DNA of 64,000 nt, from the NCBI RefSeq assembly GCF_000142905.1, contig NW_013657670.1:273498-337497 (forward strand), in the 5' to 3' direction. The stretch is from Thecamonas trahens ATCC 50062 (taxonomy: Eukaryota > Protista > Apusomonadida). The notes under the pieces are model-generated. The model did no database searches, was not told the origin of the DNA, and saw only the letters and a program-made list of their open reading frames with translations. Made by a program: the position numbers and the translations under genes. Shown here piece after piece: positions 45,214-55,116 of the stretch (position 1 is the stretch's first letter; each line of letters begins with the position of its first letter).

Positions 45214-47581
45214 TTACGGGCCAGCGGGGCCGGGACCAGACTTCTTGATCTGGCGACCGGCGCGGATGATCTCGTCGACCAGGAGGATGTTCGAGGCGAT
45301 GACAGTGCACGAGTGCAGAAGCATGCGCTTGACGCGGAACGAATCGAGGACGCCCTCAACCACGGGGTCCATGCACTCGCCGGTCATGACGTCGACGCCG
45401 ACAAGGCGATCGTTGAGGAACGCGTCCTCAAGCTTGACGATGGTCTCGGTCTGGTCAAAGCCCGAGTTGGCGGCAAGCGTCTTGGGGATGATCTGCAGGG
45501 CCTGGGCAAAGGCCTCGACACCGAGGCGGGTCTTGCCGCTCACGGTCTTCTTGTACTCCATCAGCTTGGCCGAGAGCGAGTACTCGACAGCGCCGCCGCG
45601 GAAGGGCGGTGCCGTCCTCGATGGTGTTCTTAACAGCGCGGAGGCCGTCGCGGACGGCGTCCTTGATCTGCGCCACAGTGTGGGCGTTGGGGCCCTTGAT
45701 GAGGACCGTGCACGAGAACGGGTTGGTGACGTCCTCCACGAACGTGTACTTGTCCTCGCCGAGCACGGTCTCGTACACCTTGCCGGCATAGCCGAGGCAC
45801 TCGGGCTCGAGGTCGTCCACAGAGTTGACCGCGTACCCGCCGCACGCAAGCGCAAGGCGCTCCATGTTGCGCCGCTTAGCGCGGCGCAGCGCCACAATCC
45901 CCGCACGGCACAGCAGGTCCAGAGCCTGGGGATCGATGCCCTTCTGGTTGATGACCACAAAGCCCGACTTCTCGTCGGTGCAAACCTGTGTTGCATACCA
46001 TTCCACACACGTGGTCTCCGGGGGTGAGTTCGCGCCGACGCAGCGCTCTTGCGCTCATTTCTCTCAAATACATGCAGATGCAAGGTCGGTTATCAGAATT
46101 GTCGTTCTCTTCAAAACGCCTCGGTCTTTGCCGGGCGCTAAGACAGGGATAACAAAGTTCATCATATACAACCGCCGAGGGGGCGAAAGGGGGCAAACAA
46201 AAAAATGGGGGGAAAGGGAAATACTTACCGACTCCTTGAAGGCGATGATCTTCTCAACGCGCTCCTGAACAAAGCGGCGCTCGGCCTGGACCATCTTCTC
46301 GCGCTCCTCAGGCGAGGCGTAGAAGAAGCCCGAGTTGAGCTCGGTCTTCTCATACTCGAGCGAGACGTTGCAGATGAGAATGTGGCAGTTGTCCTGGTAC
46401 TTGAGCATGCCCGGGTGGCGTGCACCGTGATCGAGGACGAGGCCCTTGATGAGCTTGGTGTCGGCAGCGGTCTTGTGCAGCATGGACATGATCTCGACCA
46501 TGAACAGGTCGATCTGCTTGCCCTCGCGCTGAATGGTGAGGACGGCGTCGACAACAATCGAAGTGAGCTGCTCGGCGAGCGCCGGCGCAAGCTTGGTGTG
46601 GAGCGACGAGCGCGCGACCTGCATCAGCAGCTCACGGTCGATGTTCACGTCCATCTTGTACGACTCGAGCTGCTCGAGGGCAAACGCCTTGGCCACGTCA
46701 AAGCCCTGAGCAATGACCCGCGGGTGGAGGCCCTCCTGGAGGAACCGGTCCGCCTGCCGGAGGAGCTCGCCAATGAGCAGCACGCACGACGTCGTGCCGT
46801 CGCCGGTCGCGTCATCCTGTGCCGTTGCGGTCCGGGCAATGAGCGCCGCCGTCGGATGCTGCAGTTGCTATAATTGTTCTCCCGCAAAAACCGAGTTGTG
46901 TGTGAGTCCCGCTCCCCTTGCTCCGCTCCCTCGGAAAATTCCCACTCCCAGAAATCTACCAATGCGACCGACGTACCATCTGGTGGAGGAGCACCGAGCC
47001 GTCCTTGGTGAGGCGGACATCGCCGGCACCGGACACGAGCCTGTACAACGCGCGCGGGGGTGGTGTGAGTGGGGGTCGGGGGAGGGTGTAGCTTCGGTGG
47101 GGGGTCGGGGGTCTTCCTCCTTGTCCGCGCCTTGCCGCCGGAGCGGGTCGGTCGCGCCAAAGCGAGGGATTTTTCGCGGCTGCGCGCCAAGCGATAGACG
47201 TACATTTTGACGGTCCCACGGGGACCGAGGTTGGTCTTAAGGATGGACATCATGCCCCGAGCCGCCGTGATGTTGATGTTGACGGCCGTGCCCTTGCGGG
47301 CGTGGTCAGCGTTCGGGTTGAGCATTTGAACGGACGCCACTATGTGCAGGAAGGGTCGCCCCGTGTGTGAGTTGCCGTCATAAAAATGGGCGCCAGACGG
47401 GCAGGGCCCGTCGGTCGCTGTAGATTCTCAAGCTCCCCCACGCCGCCCTACGCTCCCTCGCAAGCGGGGACAACCACAAAGACGTAGGGTGTAAGCCCAA
47501 ACATCCGCTTTGTGGTCTTCCCCCCCCTGGCAAACCCTCAATCCTCGCCCTACACAACTTTGCCCAGGAAGATAACATACT
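45214..47581 (-). CDS. CCT6: T-complex protein 1 subunit zeta; introns 47340-47580, 47041-47203, 46868-46976, 45986-46228; frameshift at ~45599
   Basis: Spliced product [11 protein letters not shown]...[78 protein letters not shown]. Confidence 0.95.
46087..46174 (-). ncRNA. Intronic box C/D snoRNA, snR38/SNORD1-like
   Basis: Box C AUGAUGA (46165-59), box D CUGA (46096-93), terminal stem CGGUUG/UAACCG. Guide GUUAUCCCUGU precedes a D'-like CUUA and is complementary to conserved LSU rRNA ACAGGGAUAAC. Confidence 0.85.
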
Positions 47582-47856
47582 CTTGGTCGAGGTGAGCGAG
47601 AGAGGAGTCACCAGAACCAACTCAAACAAACACAAACAAAGGCAATTGAATATTCATAATTCGCGCAAACGGCAAACCCGTTTCGTTCGCTCCCGTCACA
47701 CGCATTCCGTCAAAAACTCGTTCCGCCAAACTCCGTTCCGTCAGACTCAGTCCCGCCAAACTCGTTTGTTGGTTCGTTGGCCTCTGCAACCGTTCGTTTG
47801 TTCGTTTGCACCTTCCACAATCGTTCACTCGAGCAAGAGCTCACTCCAGCCAGACA

Positions 47857-47908
<52 letters not shown>

Positions 47909-47925
47909 ACACCACACACACACAC
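47857..47925 (+). repeat. (CA)n microsatellite; similar tracts at ~18396-18428, ~31184-31258 and ~58516-58534
   Basis: Direct observation. Confidence 0.9.
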
Positions 47926-47975
47926 TCTCGCCTCTTACATTGGTATATTTCCCTTTCCCCTCGCACGTTCTGCAC

Positions 47976-50321
47976 ATGTGGGCACTGGCTTTGACCGTCA
48001 TGGTGGCGGTGGCGCTGTTGGTCGGGCAGGCGCAAGGCGTGGGTCTCCTCCGCATCACAGTCGGCTCGGCTGGGAGTTTGGAAATGACGACATGTTCGAG
48101 CTCAGCATGCTCTGATGCCACGGTGTTGTACTCGGGCAAGCTGGATGGTGGACTTGGTGCCCCGTCGTCTGGGCTCGGCTCGTGGAGCGGTGAGGCCTTT
48201 GCTGGCCCGCAGCTTGCAGCTCCAGTCCCGCTGGCGGTCATCGACAGCCTAATCGCCCCGACGCACCCGAGTTGGCAGAGTGGGAGCGTGGCGCTCGCCG
48301 CGCTAGGCGCGCCGCTGGATGTGGCCAATACCATAGTGCGGCCAGTGCTTGGCAACGTGACGTTCAGCCTCGGCGCGGTCGGTAACATTCCGCAAGTGGC
48401 GCACGTCGTCCGTGTCGGCGGCCCGGCCGGCGTCCTGGCTAACTCTGTGGCAGTCTGCGGCGAGGCGTTGCCTGTGGTGGCGGCGCGCGGCGATGTGCTC
48501 AACTGCCAAGTACTCGTGCCCGGCAACGGGAGCTACCCGCTGACGGTCACCTTTGCCGCCGCGTCGGAGCTTGCGACAGGCTCTGCCGGCGTGTTTGATG
48601 TCAGCGTCCCAGCCGGGGGCGCAGCCTGGGTGCTGGACGCGGTGGCCGGCGCACCTGGCGCGCGCGACGGGCTGGCAGCAGTAGGCGCAGGGCGGGTGGC
48701 GGCAACCAAGGCCGACACTGCGGCGTACCTCGACATCCAGCAGTGGAACGAGGACCGCCAGGCCCGGGTCCGCGTCATGGTCGGCGTCATGTACGCGCTG
48801 ATTGCGATAGTCATGACTCTTGCCGCCCTCAACGCCGCCGTGTGGCAGGCCTGGATGTTCCCAATGTTCCTTGCTGCCCCGGCCATGTGGTGGTTTGCCA
48901 CGCTCTTTGTCGGCATGCACGCACTGTCGTGGATGGGTGGGTTCGGGGCATGGGCGCTGACCTCGGGCCTCCTGGTGCTCTACGGCATGATCGCGCCCAT
49001 CGTGTACTGCTGCATCCGCATGCGGGTCCGCAAAAAGTCAAAGGCCCGCATCGCGCCGTCGCCGACCGAGCTCTCGACCGTGTCCGAACAGGAGGAGGCC
49101 GCCAAGACGCCCAGCGGGTCGTACTCGTCGCAGTGCTCGTCGAGCGGCTCGGTCGAGTCGCCGAGTAGAGATGAGGCCAGCGGGAGCGAGAGCGATCACG
49201 AGTACGAGAGCGACGACGACGGCGATGTGTCGGCACGGTCGGCGCGGTCGTCGGCCACGCTCTCCGAGCTCGCCAACTACACCCGACGCCCGGCGCCGCT
49301 GTCGAAAATTCAGAAGACTGCGCTCCTGATGGTGCTCGGCGTGGTGGCGGTGGCGACGGCAACGGCGGTGACGGTCTTTATGGTGTGGGATCTGAAGACG
49401 TACAAGGTGACGATCCGCGAGAGCCGGACAACGCTTGTCGAGTATCAGCCGCAACTCATTGCCAAGTCGATCCAACTTGTGTATGGCTTTGAGCGAATGG
49501 CCAAGATCATCCGCTTTGGCTTTGTGCTGCGGGCGCAGAGCAAGGCGTGTGGGGTGTACTTTAAGCAGCGGCTGACGAGCAATGAGGACAAAAAGGTCCG
49601 CATTGCCGACGCCTTTATCACCAAGTACGGCATCGACATGTCTCTCTTCAACCGGACCGAGTACTGGCAGTTTGACTCTGTCAACGACTGGTTCATCCGG
49701 CGGCTGCGCGACGGCGCCCGCCCGCTGGCCTCGCCAGGCTCGACCGCCGTCATCTCGTCCGTGGCCGACTGCCGGCTCACTGTCTTCAACTCGATTGACC
49801 GTGACGTCTCGTTCTGGCTCAAAGGCGAGGACTTTTCAGTCTACCGCCTTCTTGACTCCAACCTCGACCTAACTCTGCAATTTGCCGGCGGCTCCATGGC
49901 GCTGTTCCGCCTCGCGCCGGCCGACTACCACCGGACTCACTCGCCCATTGCCGGTACCATCACAGCCCAGTTCTCGGTCAAGTCGACGCTGTACTCGGTG
50001 AATGCCGACGCAGTCCGCTCAGGCTGCGGCGCAGTGTACAACGACCGCGTCATCACCATCATCGACTCGGGCGTGCCCGGCCGCAAAGTTGCCTTTGTCG
50101 CCATTGGCGCCACATGCGTCGGCTCAGTCGCCATGATGAAGGGCGTCGGTGCAACCGTCACCCGCGGCGAGGACATCTCCAACTTTCAGTTTGGCGGCTC
50201 CACTGTCGCCGTCCTCTTCCCGCCGGGATCGATGGCCTTTGACGACGACCTCATCGTCGCCACCTCGTTCCAGGTCGAGACGCTGGTCAACGTGCGGACT
50301 CAGATCGGTCGGTGGCTCTAA
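47976..50321 (+). CDS. Phosphatidylserine decarboxylase (PSD2-type) with signal peptide, ectodomain and ~4 TM helices
   Basis: WFIRRLRDGARPL, SVADCRL, RLAPADYHRTHSP, AIGATCVGS and the self-cleavage motif FQFGGSTV. N-terminus MWALALTVMVAVALLVGQAQG. Confidence 0.9.
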   Translation: MWALALTVMVAVALLVGQAQGVGLLRITVGSAGSLEMTTCSSSACSDATVLYSGKLDGGLGAPSSGLGSWSGEAFAGPQLAAPVPLAVIDSLIAPTHPSWQSGSVALAALGAPLDVANTIVRPVLGNVTFSLGAVGNIPQVAHVVRVGGPAGVLANSVAVCGEALPVVAARGDVLNCQVLVPGNGSYPLTVTFAAASELATGSAGVFDVSVPAGGAAWVLDAVAGAPGARDGLAAVGAGRVAATKADTAAYLDIQQWNEDRQARVRVMVGVMYALIAIVMTLAALNAAVWQAWMFPMFLAAPAMWWFATLFVGMHALSWMGGFGAWALTSGLLVLYGMIAPIVYCCIRMRVRKKSKARIAPSPTELSTVSEQEEAAKTPSGSYSSQCSSSGSVESPSRDEASGSESDHEYESDDDGDVSARSARSSATLSELANYTRRPAPLSKIQKTALLMVLGVVAVATATAVTVFMVWDLKTYKVTIRESRTTLVEYQPQLIAKSIQLVYGFERMAKIIRFGFVLRAQSKACGVYFKQRLTSNEDKKVRIADAFITKYGIDMSLFNRTEYWQFDSVNDWFIRRLRDGARPLASPGSTAVISSVADCRLTVFNSIDRDVSFWLKGEDFSVYRLLDSNLDLTLQFAGGSMALFRLAPADYHRTHSPIAGTITAQFSVKSTLYSVNADAVRSGCGAVYNDRVITIIDSGVPGRKVAFVAIGATCVGSVAMMKGVGATVTRGEDISNFQFGGSTVAVLFPPGSMAFDDDLIVATSFQVETLVNVRTQIGRWL

Positions 50322-50711
50322 ACCCCCCCCCCCCCCACGTCCCTTGTATCACAACAGAAAACCAGTCGCAGATGCAAGCTTGCCGATGCAGGCCTGAAAC
50401 AGCAGGAGTGGGTGGACAAAGTCATGGCGACGTGAAGTAGTCCGATTATTGGCCGTTGACCAAAGCTGTGGCAGTGGCGGTGGAGCACCACTGGGTTTTC
50501 TCCACCACCAACGCCAATCAAGAACCTTGTTGGCGCACACACCCCGCTTCCGTCGTCCCGGCTGTGACGTGGTCAGTACAACACGAGTACGCCTCACTTT
50601 TCTCTCTCGCTGCGACCCCTCGTCAAGGCCAAGCCCCAAACCCAGGGTTGAGGAGACCAAGAGTGCGTGCAAGCTCCTGAGGCAGCCGTACAACACAAGA
50701 CAGAACCAGCC

Positions 50712-52193
50712 ATGAGCTCGGAACATTCGGTTGAGGACATGGAGGTGGAGAGCAAGGCCTTGGCCGCCAGAGGTGGCTCCACTACCCAGACGAGGTCGAA
50801 AAATCGGCCCACGAGCCGAGCGGCCGACGGGAGCGACGACGACGACGACGGGCGGCGGCTCCGAATGAGCACGTCAGGCGCTTCGCTGGCCAAGCCCGGC
50901 TCGTCAGGCAATATGTCGGTCTCGGACGGGCCGTCACGTGACCCTGACGAGCCGCATGATGTCGGCATTTCTTCAGACGACGGCGCCGCGTCGTCGGCCT
51001 CGCCCCCGCCGGGCACCGCTCCGCCGCATATGACCCAGGGCCACCCTGACCACGGTCGCTCTGGGAGCGTGGGGAGCAGAGCAGACTCGGAGCAAGTAAC
51101 TCCGCCCGAGGCTGCCGGCTCCAGTGACGGTGCTGCCGACGACGGCTCGGTCGTTGTTGTCTCGGCCCTCACCGCCGCCGACCAGGTGGTGGAGCTCGCG
51201 TACACAAACATTGAGTTTGTCAACTCGGGCGCGTTTGGGGCTGTCTTCCGGGTCCGTCTGGTCGGATCCGGCAAGGTCTGCGCCATCAAAAAGGTGCCGC
51301 AGGACCCCAAGTTCAAGAACCGCGAGCTGCAGACCATGCGCCACCTCGCCCACCCCAACCTCATCGAGCTGCTGTACTACTTTTACTCGGAGGATTCGTC
51401 GGGCGTCTCGCACCTCTGCCTCGTCATGGACTACCTCCCGTCCACCGTCCACAAGCAGGCTCGTGCCTACCGCAAGCACCGTCTCCGCATGCCGCTTTTC
51501 TGGGTCAAGCTCTGGACCTACCAGCTCCTCCGCGGCCTCGCCGCCATCCACGCCTCGTCGCTCGTCCATCGCGACGTCAAGCCGCAGAACCTGCTCGTCA
51601 ACCGCCACACCGGCCTTCTCAAGCTCTGCGACTTTGGCACCGCAAAGATCCTCACCGGCGACCAACCATCGACCGCCTACGTTTGCTCGCGCTACTATCG
51701 CGCGCCCGAACTCATCCTCGGCGCCTCGCATTACTCGGTCGCCGTCGACATTTGGTCGGCTGGCTGCGTCCTCGGCGAGCTCCTTCTCCAGCGCCCGCTT
51801 TTCCGGGCCGCAACTCGGTCGACCAGCTCGTCGAGATCATCAAGGTCCTCGGCACCCAACGCCCGACGAGGTCGCCGTCATGAACGCTGCATATCCGGAG
51901 CACAACTTTCCGTCGTCGCCCCTACCCCGCTCTCACGCGTCCTGCCCTCGCGCGTGCCACCGGCGGCCATCGATCTGCTCGGCCAACTACTGCAGTACAC
52001 TCCGGCGCTTCGTCCGGCCTGCATGGACGCCCTCGCCCATCCGTTCTTCGACGAGCTCCGCGCTCCCGCCCCAGAGCTCGTCGAGTGCACACCCATCCTC
52101 ACCACCATCTTTGACTTTACTGAGGCCGAGCGCGCTTGCCATCCGCCCGAGCTTCTTGCCGCCATCGCCGGCCAGCCCATGCCGTCGCCGTAG
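50712..52193 (+). CDS. GSK3/shaggy-like Ser/Thr kinase; three compensating frameshifts at 51803-51911
   Basis: SGAFGAVF, AIKKVPQDPKFKNRELQ, HRDVKPQNLL, LKLCDFG, AYVCSRYYRAPELI. FPGRNSVDQLVEIIKVLGT lies in a shifted frame. Confidence 0.9.
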   Translation: MSSEHSVEDMEVESKALAARGGSTTQTRSKNRPTSRAADGSDDDDDGRRLRMSTSGASLAKPGSSGNMSVSDGPSRDPDEPHDVGISSDDGAASSASPPPGTAPPHMTQGHPDHGRSGSVGSRADSEQVTPPEAAGSSDGAADDGSVVVVSALTAADQVVELAYTNIEFVNSGAFGAVFRVRLVGSGKVCAIKKVPQDPKFKNRELQTMRHLAHPNLIELLYYFYSEDSSGVSHLCLVMDYLPSTVHKQARAYRKHRLRMPLFWVKLWTYQLLRGLAAIHASSLVHRDVKPQNLLVNRHTGLLKLCDFGTAKILTGDQPSTAYVCSRYYRAPELILGASHYSVAVDIWSAGCVLGELLLQRPLFRAATRSTSSSRSSRSSAPNARRGRRHERCISGAQLSVVAPTPLSRVLPSRVPPAAIDLLGQLLQYTPALRPACMDALAHPFFDELRAPAPELVECTPILTTIFDFTEAERACHPPELLAAIAGQPMPSP

Positions 52194-52279
52194 TAGCCCC
52201 TGCCCGGATGCGCTTGCCCCGCCGAGGTCACCCAGCCCGCGGAGCGCAATGAAACGTGTACACCACAAGCGTTCTCCCA

Positions 52280-53137
52280 CTAGCACGAGCACCCGCCAGA
52301 CTTGGCCTGCGGCTGCAGTCGCTGGATCTGAACTACCGTCGTGTCCACCTCGTCTGCTTGGTCGCTCAGCATGCACGCCCGTGCCACGGCTTCAAAGCCC
52401 TCGCTCACTCCAATGTCGTTCTTGGCCGACGTCATGAACAGCGGAATGCCGTGCTTGGCGCACCACGCCTCGGCCTCGGCCTTGGTCACCGCCCACGCCT
52501 CCTGTTCTTCGTCGACCTTGTTCCCAAACACAATCATCGGAAACGACGCCGGATCCGCCACAAACGCGCCTTGCAGAAACTCGTTGCGCCAGTAGTCGAG
52601 GCCCGTGAGCGATGCCGCCGACGTCACATCAAACACCAGCACACATGCATCAGAGCCGCGATAGAACGGCCGTGCCAGCGACTGGAACTTTTCTTGTCCT
52701 GCCGTGTCCCAGATCTGCAGCGTCACTATCCTCCCCACGCCCATCTCTGCCTTTGTGAGCACTGGTCATACCTCGGCAGCCGCCAACGTGTCACACGCCC
52801 GCGTTCGATCTCCCCACCCCCCCCCCACCCCACACACACACATGCCCATAACCCTACCACCGTTACCACCATCGACAAACCCACCCTACAGCTGGTGTCT
52901 TCATAGCCCGTACTCCCCCCCACATCTGTTTTTCGGCCCCTCTCCTCTCGCTATTCCCGTTATGGCCGTACCTTCCGAGCCGTCGACCTCGATGTTCTTG
53001 TTGCGGAGGTCACAACCGATGGTCGACCGGTATGCCTGGTACTCGCCCTCGATGTACCGTCCCAGCAGTGATGTCTTGCCCACGCCAGACTCGCCAATGA
53101 CCACGCACTTGAGCAGCGTCGAGGTGAGGGCTGCCAT
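52280..53137 (-). CDS. Rab7/Rab9-like small GTPase; intron 52726-52971
   Basis: GESGVGKTS, YRSTIGCD, V|TLQIWDTAGQEKFQSL, FYRGSDACVLVFDV, GNKVD, TSAK, C-terminal CSC. Confidence 0.92.
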
Positions 53138-53406
53138 CGCAAGGGGGGGGGGGACAAAGAGAGTGTGGTGAGAGAAGCGTGTGAAGGAAAGGCGGTAGGC
53201 GACGCCGACCGACGCAGACGCCGAGCTCGCGCAGCCCACCATAGGTGGCTCCTCGCTGGCGGCGATCAATGGATGTGGGCGACAGATGCAGAGTTGGCGG
53301 CGAAAAGGAGCGATATGAGCATTTTAAACATGGACTGTGGTCGATGCTGGTGGCTTGGCTCGACTGCCGATCTCGGTCTGGTGTGGACGGCGAGAGAGCT
53401 TGCCTA

Positions 53407-54554
53407 CTACGGCAACAGCTGGAGCTCGCGCCTGTTGTTGAGCCAGCGGTTTGCGCCCCACTTGATGCCTGACTCGACAGTGCATCCACCGTGTAGCGAA
53501 GCGACGTCAAGTGCGCCATCAAGGTGGCCGGCGGCGTGCATCGAGTAAAACATGATGGCAGCGCCAGGCTCGGGCTTGACATTGACCCCGGCGGTGCAGT
53601 TGGTGTATGACGAGAGCGGGCCGCGGCCGACGCCTGCGGGCGCCGCCGCACGAGGAAAGTACGTGGCGCCGCCGGCCTCAACGTCGTTGAGGTAGAAGAG
53701 AACAGTGATCATACGGTTGCGGCCTGAGGCCAGATCAGCCCGGCTAATGTGGACCGCAGGGTCAAAGTAGTCGTGGTGCGCCCAATAGTGCTGGTCGTTA
53801 AAGTAGCGAATGACCTGCAGACGCTCACCGTTGTGCGATGGCACCCCGGTCAGCGCCTCGATCCGCGCATTGAGCGTCCATGTCACCAATGTCCACCATC
53901 CGAGCCACGCCTGGCTCGACGTCCGGACCGCTGAGACCTTGGACGTCGATGAGCCGCTCGACGATGTGTCAAGCACCTCGGACCGCTTCATCGTTGTGTT
54001 GGCCGCTGCCATAACCTGCTCCGCCTCGCTTGCAGACACAAAGCCACGCATGAGAAACAGTCGCGGCTCCAGCGCCAGCGTCTCGACCTCGAGTGGCTTG
54101 CCGGTTGCCGGCGAGATGAGATGCGGAACAACAGCGACGTGCCCGATGTACAGGCCCGGCCAGAACCAATACTCAAAGGCCAGCACAAGATAGTAGTGTC
54201 CGCCGTCCACAACCTCGTCCAACGTGCCCAGCTGGATGCCCACGCCGTCAAAGACCCGCAACTCGTTCGGACCGACAGCATCCGCCCCCAGCGCAGCCCA
54301 TCCACGGTGCGCTACATCAAACAAGGTCTCGCGGCATGGCACAACCTTGAGTGCAGCCGAGTCGTTGGGTGAGCCTGTGTTGTTTCCGCCATTCGGATGG
54401 ACGTGCACCGTAATAGCTTCGCAGCTTAGACTCTCGTTTGGCTGATCGTCCGGCGAGATGAGCACCCGCGTGTCTGGCGTCGCCTCATTGTACCCGATGG
54501 CCCCTGTCTCCTTCCCCGTAACAACTCCAAGTAATGCATGAGTCTCGCATATCG

Positions 54555-54586
<32 letters not shown>

Positions 54587-54967
54587 GACTTCCATCACTG
54601 ATGCCAACGTACAGAACCAGCCAAGATAGGCCAGAAAGACGATGAGGCCGACCATGATCGAGATCAGCACACCGAGGATCCAGGCCTCTGTCGAGTTCAG
54701 CGACCGCAGATCGTCCACAAACCGGTGCCGCATGCTCGACGTCACTCCCTTGCATACCTCGTCCCTGGATTCTACCCGCAGCCGGGCCTGTCTCTCCTTC
54801 GCCTCTGCGATGTGCTTCACTGCCTGTCCGTCATGCCCGCCCTGTTCTTGCTCCGCCCGTCCTTCCACCACACCTACTGCTCGCCCCCGCCCGCCTCCAC
54901 CATCCATCCCCACCTTGTCTCTGCTATCTGTCGTCGACTCTGTCCCTTGTCCCTTGACCTTGGCCAT
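53407..54967 (-). CDS. Type II membrane-anchored prolyl 4-hydroxylase (2OG-Fe(II)); intron 54504-54612; start uncertain
   Basis: RTSSQAWL, ERLQVIRY, HHDYF, TVLFYLNDVEAGGATYFP, SLHGGCTVESGIKW. The TM exon splices in frame (GWF|WAIG). Confidence 0.88.
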
Positions 54968-55116
54968 CTAGAGAAGTCGTGGCTGAGAACTGAGAGAGGC
55001 TTGTGCTGGCCGCCTGAGTGAGCCAGTCCAGCCTTGACCCATGCCTGACAAACATGCGAAGAAGGAGAAAGGGGTGGGGAGGGGGTTAAAGCCGCTCAGT
55101 AGATATCATCACGATT

